DNA of 64,000 nt from Malacoraja senta (GCA_038087875.1 JAXLNO010001170.1:1-64000), one strand, 5' to 3'. Numbered from the stretch's first letter, positions 8,987 to 20,459 are shown. Numbers and translations are program-made. Notes: a model not told the origin generated them from the letters alone.

Positions 8987-10322
8987 ATGTGGTCTACATG
9001 TTCTTTGCTCGTAATAACGTTCGTCCTGCCTAGTAAGTCTGCGTTTAAACGCTCAGTATGTGCACCAAGTCTCTGATAAGATAGAAGTTTGCAAATATTA
9101 TAGCACGCACAGATAGGGTAGAATGTCAAAACACATTTTCCCAAGGGTGACGTGTCAAAGTCTGGAGGGCGCAGCTTTAAGGGAAAGTGGCAATGTTTAA
9201 AGGAGACGTTCGGGGCAAAGGGATAACGGGTGCCTGGCACAGACTGCTGGGGCGTGCCAATGCAGGCATAGATGAAAGTGGTGTTTACCAGATTATTAGG
9301 TAGGCATATGACAATAGACAATTGACAATAGGTGCAGTATTAGGCCATTCGCCACTTCAAGACAGCACCGCCGTTCAATGTGATCATGGCTGATCATCCA
9401 CATCCACATTCCCGTTCCGGCCTTCTCTCCATTTCCCCTGACTCCGCTATCTTCAAGAGCCATATCTAGCTCTCTCTTGAAAGTAACCAGAGAACTGGCC
9501 TCCACTGCCCTCTGAGGCAGATAATTCCACAACGAGAACTCCCTGTGTGAAAAACGTGTTTCCTCGTCTCCTTTCTAAATAGCTTACCTCTTATTCTTAA
9601 ACTGTGGCACTATGTTCTGGACTCCCCCAACATCGGAAACGTGTTTCCTGCCTCTAGCGTGTCCAACCCCTTAATAATCTTATATGTTTCAATAAGATAC
9701 CCTCTCATCCTTCTAAATTTCAGAGTGTGCAAGCCCAGCCGCTCCATTCGCTCAGCATGTGACAGTCCCGCCATTCCGGGAATTAACCTTGTGAACCTAC
9801 GCTGCACTCCCTCAATAGCAAGAATATGGATATGCAGGGAACGGAGGGATAGGGATTATGTTCAAGCAAGTGAGATTAGTTTATTTTAGCATTATGCTCG
9901 GCACCGATATTGTGAAGGAAGGTCTGTTCCTGTGCTGTACAGATCGATGTTATTTGTTGGTTATTTATTGTAGGCTTTCAGCTTCATCGCATGTTTCTTT
10001 TTTGCTTTATTACAGGAAGCTACGGCGAAGAGTCTATGTCTCAATATCCGCCTGAACTCATTGTTGTTGTAGGACAGGCCGTAATTCTTAATTGCAATTA
10101 CCCCAAATCTTACAATCATTATGTCGCTTTCTGGTACATTCAGAACGGTGGGCAAGCGCCGAAATATCTACTACAACAATTTAGTGCATACACCGGAGAC
10201 ACAGCTCGTGATTTGCCAGAGAGGTTTTCTGGTGGTTACCACAAAGAGAATCGCTCGATACCTTTAAGTATCTCCGGCGTCCTTTTCTCCGATTCCGCCG
10301 TGTATCTCTGCGCCATGAGGCC
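8987..10322 (+). CDS. TCR V segment C1 with MWSTC-type leader, apparently intact
   Basis: Leader 8987-9032 (MWSTCSLLVITFVLP, A|GTAAGT, 46 nt, phase 1), intron to TTACAG at 10015, open V exon 10016-10322 (LNCNY, FWYIQ, YLCAMRP). The leader-V pairing is inferred. Confidence 0.75.
9060..9830 (-). mobile_element. CR1 3' fragments in the C1 intron
   Basis: Minus-strand [25 protein letters not shown]...GESRT and CR1 3' UTR; paralog at ~43320-44090. Confidence 0.75.
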
Positions 10323-10400
10323 CACACTGCGGCATTGAAGCGGCTGATCCGAACAAAAACTTTCTCCCGTCATTTCTCTCGAATCTTCACCAGAGGGCGC
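10323..10400 (+). promoter_or_regulatory. 23-RSS plus CTCF-like motif (C1)
   Basis: CACACTG 10323-10329, ACAAAAACT 10353-10361; CACCAGAGGGCGC 10388-10400. Confidence 0.9.
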
Positions 10401-10714
10401 TCTCTTCCATCTACCAAAAACACCACCCCAAAATAGAATATTACCCTCAAACACGAAGCGCAGAGCTTCATCTTCCAACTTACTTTAGATTATTTTGTTT
10501 GTTTTTATTCCTACTTGTCGACTGGCCTTTTTCTTTTGCATTCCTCATCTAAATTCCATCATTTATCCTCGCAGCTCCTGACGTGATTTCCCCCCATAAT
10601 GCACCGCAAGGCTCCTGTTTCCACCTCACCACTCCGCAACATGCGTTTAACAATTGATTCTAGAAAGGAGGGTTCGAAATCCGACCTCAGTAGGAATACA
10701 ATCAACCAACAACA

Positions 10715-11925
10715 CAGGGCGGCACAGTGGCGCAGCTGGAAGTGCTGCAGCCTCACTGCGCCAGCGACCCGGTTTCGATTCTGACCTGTTATATCGTCTG
10801 TGTGGAGTTTGCAGATTATCCCTGTAATCGCATGGATTTCCCCCGGGTGTTCCGGTTTCCTCGCATAACCAAAGGGCGTGCGGGTTTGTAAGTTTGTTGG
10901 GCTCTATAAATTGCCCCTGGTGGGTGGGGAGTGGAAGACAAAGTGAGATGTAGGGGGCGCTGCTCTGGGCAGCGGCCATGTCAGCAGCGTGTTAGTTTTT
11001 TCAACTTTTTTTTATTTTTTAGTATGTTTAAAAGTGTGTATTTAATGTTTCTTTGTGTGTCTTGTGTGGGGGGTGGTGTGGGGGGGGGGGGGGGGGTAAG
11101 GGGGAAACCGCTTCCATCGCCTCCTCCATGGGGAGGCGACTTTTTCCAGGTCGCCTCCCCCGTGGCCTAACATCAAGGATCGGCGCGGCCTTTCCAGGAG
11201 ACGCGCCCGGGGCTTCAGCGGCGGGCGCAGCGTGGACTCTCGGCGTGGAGCGGGTGAGCCCTCGCTGGGGCTCGCTGGAGGGGAACGCTCCGTTTCGCTG
11301 GCCCGGGGCAGCCGGCAGCCTGAAGTCGCAGCCTGAAGTCACGGTCTGCAGAGCTCCAGCTGGTGCGGTGTCTACAGCCCGGGATCCCTCGTGGGGGACC
11401 CGGGGGAAGAAGAAGAAGCCATCACTGCCGGCCCGCGGCCAACTTCTACCGCGGGGCCGGCATGGACTTACCAACACCCCTGCAGGGGAGCTTCGACCGC
11501 CGGCCCTGCAGTCTACGGTGCTTCTGGCTGCGGCGGAGACTTTAAATCTCGACAGCCGGCCTGCGGCCTACAACAACTTAAAGCCGCGGTCTCCGGTGAG
11601 GAAGAGCCGATCCTGGACTGACTCTGGACTCTGGTGCTGTTCACGGAGGGGAAATGGAGGAGGATTGGCCAAATTTTTGTGCCTTACACCACAGTTTTGA
11701 ATGCTGTGGTGGATGTTTGTGTTACATTTTTTATTGTGGTTGTGTGTTCTTATTATTGTATCGCTGCTGACAACCCAAAATTCCACCAGCTTGGCTGTGT
11801 GGACATTAAAAAAAAAATACTATACTATAACGTTCGCTAGTGCGAACGTGTGGTCGGTGGTCTGCATGGGACTCGATGGGCAGAAGGGCCTGTTTGTTCC
11901 GCGCTGTGTCTCTAAACTAAATTAA
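10715..11925 (+). mobile_element. SINE downstream of family C, interrupted here by a second repeat
   Basis: GGCACAGTGGCGCAGC...GGTTTCGATTC...CTAAACTAAAT; uninterrupted paralogs at ~20860-21185, 32500-32825, 44980-45305 and 54505-54835. Confidence 0.65.
10950..11826 (+). mobile_element. Copy-specific GC-rich interspersed repeat (unclassified retroposon-like)
   Basis: Absent from the four paralogous SINEs, which read GTGGGATAACGTTCG at the empty site; A-rich 3' end ATTAAAAAAAAAATACTATACT. Confidence 0.65.
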
Positions 11926-13061
11926 ACCCTATTCAAAACAAAGAAAATGCAGAGATTTGGAAGAATGTTTGAGAGACTTCGCGATATCGGGATGCATTCC
12001 CGAGGATTCATCAAATCCTTATATTAATATTACATCGTTACGTGATCAGGTCGCATTAAGGACGTGAGAAGTCGTTAAATAAAAAAGTAAAACCATGTTC
12101 CCTTTTGTTCTTTTTGCTCCTACATTGGGAGTGAAGACTCTCTGCATCACGCCATCTATTCCCCTCATTGTGTTATGAACCACTGTAAGATCACTCTGCG
12201 GCTTCCTGCCCTCCATGCTATAAAATCACAGGCTGCACAACTTCTTCCTCTGGCTCAGCCCCCGGTGTTTCAAGTCTAGTCCAGAATCTGGAGGACAAAC
12301 ATATTAAACGGCCTGAAGAACTCAGCGGGTCCAGCAACACCTGGGGCAAGAGGTCAATGATTCGGTGAAGATACAAGCCAATATGCCCCTTTCCTCTTTC
12401 TACACGTCGAAAGCAGATTGTATTGTTCTGTTGGGGCATTTATAAACGCTGTGGTCTGAGATTATTAATTGGAATATATTTCACACAATGACATAAATAG
12501 AACACGGCAAACCGGATAAGGAAATGATATAATTGAGCCAACTGTGTATTTCCTCGGGAGGCTATAGTCTATGTATCTATGTATCTATGTATCGCTGCAT
12601 CTGTAAAACGCCCTTTACCTTGTATGGTCTCACTCGGAAGCAGGCGGGCGTCACCGAAAGCCAGAAAATGGAGAGACAGCCAGACAAACGTAGCCTATGA
12701 ACACCGACAGCAACATGGATGGCGATAGATAGTGTGAAATAGAGCGTACGCTCCACAGAGAATGAGAGAGGGAAGCGAAGGGATTGATGGGAGAGTAAAA
12801 GTGTGGGAGAGGGACACAGTGTGCGTGTTAGAGAGAGAGTCGGAGAAAGAGCGAGAGAGAAAAAAAGAAACTCGGGTATTGCCGGAACGTGTGAAATTAG
12901 AAGGCGGAGCGATTTCCGCGAAACGAACCAATCGAACACCAGGGAACTGTCCTCGATTATCTTTCATGAGCCTGGTCTGAGCTTTGTGTCGCATGTCTGA
13001 TGCGAGGCGTGAACATACTTATAAATATTTTCTCCTCGACTTTTCGTTCAAACCGGACACC

Positions 13062-13823
13062 ATGAGTTCCTCGTGGTCCTGTCTGATAATTATGTTTGTG
13101 CTGCCCGGTGAGTCTGTGTTTAACTGCTCAGTGTTACGTCCGGGGCTCCAATTTACCGTCGGACTGGGCGGCACGGTGGCGTAGCGGTAGAGCTACCGCC
13201 TTGCAGCGTCAGTGACCCGGGTTCGATCCTGACTGCGGGTGTTTGGCTGTACAGAGTTTGTATGTTCTCCCCCGTGACCTGCGTTGGTTTTCTCCGAGAT
13301 CTTATTGTTTCTTCCCACACTCCAAAGGCGTACAGATTAGTAGGTTAATTGGGGGCATGGTGTAAATGCAAAACTGTCCCTCGTGTGTGTAGCTTAGTGG
13401 TAATTTGCGGGGATCGCTGGTCGGTGCGGACACGGTGGGCCGAAGGGCCTGTTTGCGCGCTGTATCTCTAAATTAAACTAAACGATTCACTCGCGTGTTA
13501 TGTTCGTTCTTACAGGAACGGGCGGCGAAGAGTCCGTGTCCCAGGATCCGCCGGAACAAACGGCCGTGGAAGGACAAAGCGTCACGATGAACTGCAGTTA
13601 CTCTGCAGCGTTCGATGCCGACGCGGCCTTCTGGTACATCCAATATCCCGAGAGGCGCCAAGATATCTACTCAAGAGACTGAGCACTGGGTTTGCGGATC
13701 AGTCGCCGGATTTGCCAGACAGGTTTTCTGCTGTTTTTCAGAAAGATAGTAGGACGGTCCCTTTTAACCTATCTCCGCGGCCCTTGTGTCAGACTCGGCC
13801 GTGTACCTGTGCGCCATGACGCC
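13062..13823 (+). pseudogene. TCR V segment A2, frameshifted
   Basis: Leader 13062-13107, V exon 13516-13823 (308 nt); -1 at CCCGAGAGG (versus CCCGGGGAGG) and +2 at CCCTTTTAACCTATC. Confidence 0.8.
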
Positions 13824-13899
13824 CACACTGGTGCAGTGAATCAGCGGACCACGACAAAAACCTTTCCCGCCACTCCCGCGACCGCTCGCAAGAGGGCGC
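13824..13899 (+). promoter_or_regulatory. 23-RSS plus variant CTCF-like motif (A2)
   Basis: CACACTG 13824-13830, ACAAAAACC 13854-13862; CGCAAGAGGGCGC 13887-13899. Confidence 0.85.
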
Positions 13900-14898
13900 T
13901 GTCACCCGGCTAAACGAAGGAGGTGCTTTTGCGAATCCGCAGAGAACAAATACTCTGTAGGTGCCTGATGTCTACAGTATATTTTCCCTTTGTCTCCACA
14001 GGTGTAGCTCACCCTCTCGGGGCGGCACAGTAGCGCAGCGTTGGAGTTGCTCCCTTGCTGCGCCAGAGACTCGGGTTTGATCCTGACCTCGGGCGTTGCC
14101 TTTGAGGAGTTCACAGCTCACCCTGTGACTGCGTGGATTTACTCCGCGTGCTGCGGTTTCCCCCCGCGCCCCAAGGACACGTGCGTTTATAGGGTCTTTG
14201 CAAATTGTTCATAATGTGTTGTGAGTGGATACAAAAGTGGGATAACATAGATAACAAATGTATGATCAATGACCGGTGTGGGCGATGAGCAGCGCTGCAT
14301 CTTTTACTCAATTCAGAAATCAGATTTGGTTCCTAATAAAAAGGACCCTAGTCCTTCCATAAAATGTGCAAATCGCCAATCTGAGTTGCAAGGCGCTAGG
14401 TTGAGCCAAGCGAAGTGGAGTTTAGTCGTGTACTTTTGTTTAGAGATTAGTTTAGAGATGCAGCGCGAAAATAGGCCCTTCGGCCCCACCGAGGCCGCGC
14501 CGACCAGCGATCCGCGGATACTGGCACAATTCTGCACACTGAGGACATTTACAATATTTACCGGCTCGGCTCGTGGTGGCCCTCCTCGCTCTCGGAGGCT
14601 TTCAAAAAACTCTCGGACGTTCCCTACATACTCTCGACGGTCTTCCTGCGCTCTCGGCAGCCCCGCCCGACCCCGGTGGCCCCATCAGGCGGTTCGTTGA
14701 GTTATGCGGGGCGCATCTGGGGAGCTTTCTGCCTCAGCTTTCTCAGTTGTATGTGCGCAACCAATCATGTGCAGGAAACGCCCCTTAGCGTGTACGGTAG
14801 TGAACCGGATGTTGGCTTCTATTCACACATCGGATACGAGGCAAGGGCACAGTGTGAAAGTCGTCTCCTTCTCTCACTCTCGTTCCAAGTCGGGCACC

Positions 14899-15839
14899 AT
14901 GTGCGCTTCGTGTCTCTTGCCGCTGATACTCCTCGTGGTGCCCGGTGAGTTTGTGTGTCATTGTTCAGTGTGCAATCCGTGAGTTCCAGGTACTGCCCGT
15001 TCTCTGACACCGGGGTTCAACGTAGGTTCACCAGGTTAATTTCCGGGATGGCGGTACTGACATATAATGAAGTAGTGGGTCGACTGGGCTTGTATTCACT
15101 GGAATTTAGAAGGGTGAGAGGAGATCGTATAGAAACATATAACACTCTTAAAGGATTGGACAGGCTAACTGCACGAGAAATGTTCCCGATATTGGGGGAG
15201 TCCAGAACCAGGGGTCACACAGTTTAAGAATAAGGGGTCGGCCATTTAGGACTGTGACGAGGAAATACATTTTCACCCAGAGAGTTGTGAATCTGTGGAA
15301 TTCTATGGAAGGCAGTGGAGGCTAATTCACTGATTGTTTTCAAGAGGGAGTTTAATTTAGCTCTTAGGGTTAACGGAATCAGGGAATATGGGGGAAAAGC
15401 AAGAACGGAGTACTGATTTTAGATGATCAGCCATAATCAGATTGAATGGTGATATTGGCTTGAAGGGCCGAATGGCCTACTCCTGCACCTATTTTTCTAC
15501 GTTTCTATGACACGCTGTGTGCTTTGTTATAGGTACCCGTGGCGGTGACTCAGTGATTCAGTTCCCGCTGCAACTGGCTGCCGAGGAAGGACAGAGCCTA
15601 ACACTGAACTGCACTTACTCTGAAGGATTCAGCGCCAACTTTGCCTGCTGGTACATCCAATTTCCCGGGGAAGCGCCTAGATACGTAGTGATGATATACA
15701 GCCATGGGGCAGGCAACCGGTCTCCAGATTTCCCGGACAGGTTTACTTCCGTGTTTCATAAAGCATCGAGGACTGTTCCTTTAACTATCTCCGGGGTTCG
15801 CGTCTCCGATTCCGCCGTGTATCTCTGCGCCTTGAGGCC
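14899..15839 (+). CDS. TCR V segment D1, intact, with an extra Cys before the conserved Trp
   Basis: Leader 14899-14944 (MCASCLLPLILLVVP), V exon 15533-15839: LNCTY...NFACWYIQ...YLCALRP. Confidence 0.9.
14990..15510 (+). mobile_element. CR1 3' fragment filling the family D intron
   Basis: QRRFTRLISGMAVLTY...GESRTRGH and the GAAGGGCCGAATGGCCTACTCCTGCACCTATTTTTCTA tail; paralogs at ~24780-25298 and 49055-49573. Confidence 0.8.
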
Positions 15840-15915
15840 CACACTGCTGCAGAGATGGGGCAGATACGGACAAAAACCCATTCTTGAGTTCCAGTCAGCT
15901 GCCACAAGGGGGCGC
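15840..15915 (+). promoter_or_regulatory. 23-RSS plus CTCF-like motif (D1)
   Basis: CACACTG 15840-15846, ACAAAAACC 15870-15878; CCACAAGGGGGCGC 15902-15915. Confidence 0.9.
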
Positions 15916-16609
15916 CGCAGTCCGTTGAATATACCTCATTCGGAAAATAAACAGAGGAGACACCGGAAGGTGACGGAATACACAACCGCCACTGCAAGAG
16001 TGAGGCCACACGCAAACTGGACGAGGAACATCCCCTATTCCACTTAGGGAGCTAACTGGCGAACGGCATGAACTTTGAATTCTCCAATTTAAAGTAATAG
16101 CCGTCCTACCCCTCTCCCTCTAGCGCCATCCCACCCCTTTGCGCACCCATTTCTCCCACTTTCACACACCAGTCACCTTTCCTCTCCATTGGGCACTGAT
16201 TTTCCCATACCCTCTCTATCCCCTTCACTTGTTCCTAATGTATCCGTCACACATGGTTTACATTTCACACCTCTTCTCCTCTCCGTATCCGACAGCCTTT
16301 TGTCCTCTTTCCATTTCTAGCGCTTGTCTCTTATTCTACCCACGTGGCAAACTCTTTTCCAGTTTTCTCCCCCATGTGACTGAAGGAGGGTCTCGACCCG
16401 AACGTTGCCTGTCCATTTCCATCCACAAATGCTGCCTGACCCGTTGAGGTCCTTCAGCACACCGTGTTTTGCTCAAGATACTCGTGGTATCTCTTGCTCT
16501 GCAAAGCTCTCCTGGTCAAGTCGCAGAGTTATCTTCTCCCAATCCCCCTACATCTCCGTGCCGAACATAATGCCGAATTGAACCAATTGAGCACGTTATG
16601 ACTGAGCTG

Positions 16610-17500
16610 AGTAGGTTTTAGGTTTGATTTTGGTTTATCATTATCACATGCACCCGCGAATAGTGGACTTTGTTTTGCATGCTACCCAGTCGGATTAGAT
16701 AATGTTATATATAAACACAATCAAGTCAAGCTCAAGTATAACAAGTAGGGCAAAGGGACAGATACAGCGTTCAGAATTTTTCTCTCGGCATTGTAGCGCA
16801 CCATTATAAGAGAGGACGTCCAATGTCCGCAATTGGGTAGATCTGCACAGGGCAATACCCTAGTTTATGGGAGAACCATTGACAAGCCTGATAACAGAGA
16901 AGAAGCTGTTCCTGAGTCAGGCGATTAGTTCGTCCAAACGTCTGTATCACCTGGCCGACGGACGCGGAGTTGTGTAGGTCTCATGATGTGCGGACTGGAT
17001 TTCCGGGGCATCGTTAAGTGTACATGGAATCAGTTGTGGGATGTCTGATGTGGACTTTTCGCTGCAATGTCTTGCGTTCTTGGGCAAAGCTGTTCCACAC
17101 CAAGCCGTGACGCAGTTCGGCAGTACGCTTTCCATGGTTAGATGTAGTCACCGGAGACATGCCAAATTTTCTCCGTTTCCTCAAGAAACAGGGGCGCAGG
17201 CGTGACTTCTTATCTATCACGTCAATATGGTTGGTCCACAAGGGACGGTTAGTAATATTAACCCACAGGAGCTTGAAGCTCTGAACCATTTCCACGTTGT
17301 CGCCATCGAAACTGACTTGGGCAGGTACTCAGTCAAACGCCCCGAAGTCCACAAGTAACTCCTTCATCTTTCGTCTTGCTGACATTGAGGAAGAGGTTGT
17401 TGTCCTGATTCCATGTTAAGATGTACTACTGAGCTGTATGCATTTGGCAGCTGAATCTTGTCTTTACTGGTAAATTCAACACCCAGAAGAACCCACTGGT
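16610..17500 (-). mobile_element. Degenerate Rex1/Babar-type LINE 3' fragment
   Basis: Minus-strand VQSFKLLWVNITN..WTNHID..KK..R..FLRK.RKFGMSP and ESVL..CVTAW.G resemble the Rex/Babar RT C-terminus; paralogs at ~26400-27280 and 50685-51565. Confidence 0.6.
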
Positions 17501-17660
17501 CTATTTGAGATGGATGACGTAGTGAATGAAGATTACTGTCCAACCAGCAAGGCCCAAGAGACAAACCAATCCCGAATCGGGAGTACGCCCTCTATCTGCA
17601 ACAAAGGGGCACCAAACATCGCATTGCCACCATTGTCTTCCCAGCCTCCAACAGATCACC

Positions 17661-18036
17661 ATGTGCCGTTCGCGTGTTCTGCTGATAATAATTTTCGTAT
17701 TTTCCGGTAGGTTCGAGAAAGAAAAAATATCGATGGCGCGCACTGAGGATTTGATTTTCCTCCGCCTGCACTGACGGCTGTAGAAGGACAGACTATAAGG
17801 TTAAATTGCAATTATTCCGCAGCATTAGATGCGAGGACTGCATTCTGGTACGTCCAGTATCCCGGGGAAGCGCCGAGATATATACTGAAGAAATTAAAGA
17901 CAGGGTACGAAGAACGATCCCCCCAATTCCCAGGCAGATTCGTTATCGTTTTTGACACTGAGAATAGGATCGTGTCTTTGGACATAGCGGGGACTCTCGT
18001 CTCTGATGCTGCCGTGTACCTCTGTGCCGTGGAGCC
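17661..18036 (+). pseudogene. TCR V segment E1, splice acceptor and first codons deleted
   Basis: Leader 17661-17706 (MCRSRVLLIIIFVFS). Relative to E2, about 66 nt (ACGATAC...TTACAGGAACC...GAAACC) are missing at TTCCTCC|GCCTG near 17765. Confidence 0.85.
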
Positions 18037-18111
18037 CACACTGCTTCAGAGAAGCAGCAGACCGGGACAAAAACGCACTGAGAGATCCAGCGCGCGGCCA
18101 CCAGAGGGCGC
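18037..18111 (+). promoter_or_regulatory. 23-RSS plus CTCF-like motif (E1)
   Basis: CACACTG 18037-18043, ACAAAAACG 18067-18075; CCACCAGAGGGCGC 18098-18111. Confidence 0.9.
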
Positions 18112-19544
18112 TCGCTGGGTTGAAATAGTTAATCAGAGAAATCCGTTTCCTGGCATCCAGTCGAACTGTGAATTTAACCTTGTCTGGACCAATGGAAGCG
18201 CCATTTTCCAACGTTCACTACAATCTGAAATGGCATTGGTTAAGTCCTAATCAACTAAGGATTCAATAAACATTTGAGGTGAGTTGATGAGTTTGACTGC
18301 ACGGAAGCAAGTTTTCGATTGCGTCGCGTAGGCGCCTCTCATCGCACATACATCAACGCCTGTTTTTACACGAATGTTCTTTCAATCGTGTCGTATTCCT
18401 ATCAACCCCCTTAGATCCCCCCCCCAACACGATTTGAAAGTTCACAGTACACAACTCACCCAGCGAGCCCGCAAACATCTGGAAGGTGAAAACACGTTTC
18501 GGGTCGGGACGCCTCTTCAGACATCTTCAGATCGAAAGAGCTACGAACGGAAACGTTTATCCACTTACTCCTCAGATGCTGTCTGACCCGTTGAATTCCT
18601 GCAACTCAGAGGTTGCTGAAGTATCCAGCACCTCTTGTTTTTGCACTACCTGTTGTATTAATGTTTGTTTAATTGCATTTCATTCATGGGTGAATTATCC
18701 GGATAGCTCGCTACACAATGTTTTTAATATATCTCACACGTGATAATAACAATACCAATATCAATACCAATCTTTAAACCAATAACAATACCAGTTCCAA
18801 TCCCACTACCAAATCCAATTGCAAGTCTAATACCAAAATAATCCAAGCTGATTCAGATACGGCGCTGAGGGAAGGATGAAAATCACCCTCCACGCTCGAT
18901 TCTCCTGCGTATAATTATTCCGTCGTCTTGTTCTTGATTGTAAATTGAGTCGCCGTGTTGTTCTGTAACGAGCACGAAAAGCTGCATCTAACAAGAATTT
19001 AATCGATTGATTGTAAATATCAGCATGGAAGCAGGGCCTTGGGCCCGACAGGTCGACGCCGACTGTCGGGCACACGTTGACACTAGTCCCATCCCACCTT
19101 CGCATCCACTGCCTACACACTGGGCGCAATTCGTAGAGGCCATATGTCCAAGATTCTGCGCATGTTTGAAATGTGCGAGAAAACCAAAGCAACCATAGGC
19201 AAACTATGCGTGACAGGGAGAACTTACTAACGTCACACAAACAGTACTCGGGGTCAAGACCTGGGTTTCTGGCGCTGTGATTCAGCCGCTCAACTGGCTG
19301 CGCTTCTGTGCCGTCCATATATTCTTTTCCCGTTGCAATTAAAAAACCTTGACAATGGACTATTGTTCTTTGACTCCTTTCTACTGAAGGGGCTGTGCTT
19401 ATAGCTCTCTGATTGTGACTATATGTGACTGGACGAGCAAGGGAGCGAGAGAGGAAGAGGGGAAGGGCGGGGAGATAGATGGAGTGTCAGAAAGATTTGC
19501 AGATAGAAAGAATGTAGACAATAAAACAGACAGAGCAAGAGCGT

Positions 19545-19611
<67 letters not shown>

Positions 19612-19853
19612 GGAACGAGCGCAAGGAAAGATAGAGGTGGAGCAAATTAGCGTGCGTAAAGTGAGAAGGCAAGTGATCAAATTGCATCGGTTGTGAACAG
19701 CCAATCGTGCAAGAGGGGGACGCTCCTTAGTCTCCCCAACAGAAAAAAACCTGCCCATGATTTCCGTGTCCTATCACATATACTGTACAACGCGAGACAT
19801 GAAACGCAGTCGAATCTTTTCGTCCTTACAGAGCTGTTTACAAACTACATGCC

Positions 19854-20459
19854 ATGAGCACCTTCTGGTCTCTCCTGATGATAATTTTTGTATTTCCAGG
19901 TGAGCTTATGTTGCAATGGTTCCGAAGCGGAAAGTGTCTTTGATACCCTCCCAGTTTGCACACAGTACAGTGAGTTTCTGTTGCGATTTTCCGTGAGCTA
20001 AACGTGGCTTTGATACACGCGCGACAGCCATCCCAAACTGTAGATATTGTGAAGGAAGGTCTGTTCCTGTGCTGTACAGATCGATGTTATTTGTTGGTTA
20101 TTTGTTGTAGGCTTTCAGCTTCATCGCATGTTTCTTTTCTGCTTTATTACAGGACGCTATGGCGAAGAGTCCATGTCTCAATATCCGCCTGAACTCACTG
20201 TTGTTGAAGGACAGGCCGTAATACTTAATTGCAATTACCCCAAATCTTACAATAATAAGGTCGCTTTCTGGTACATTCAGAATGGTGGGCAAGCGCCGAA
20301 ATATCTACTAAAAAAATTAATGCCGATTCCGGAGATGGGGCTCGTGATTTGCCAGAGAGGTTTTCTGCTGCTTACCACAAAGAGAATCGCTCGATACCTT
20401 TAAGTATCTCCGGCGTCCCTTGTCTCCGATTCCGCCGTGTATCTCTGCGCCCTGAGGCC
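19854..20459 (+). pseudogene. TCR V segment C2 (MSTFW leader), frameshifted
   Basis: Leader 19854-19899, V exon 20153-20459; -1 at AAAAAATTAATG and +1 at GTCCCTTG, with a TAA in the shifted frame at 20401-20403. Confidence 0.8.

Noticed and set aside
11028-11700. GC-rich 149-aa and 215-aa ORFs
   Set aside because: Low-complexity translations inside a repeat insertion, with no domain motifs.
14847-14890. Canonical CACAGTG upstream of the family D leader (also upstream of A leaders, e.g. ~12815) as a D/J or cryptic RSS
   Set aside because: No nonamer at 12- or 23-nt spacing.
18750-18840. Degenerate (ACCAAT)n-like array as CRISPR-like or regulatory repeat
   Set aside because: Low-complexity hexamer decay with no spacers; a similar string occurs at ~4245.
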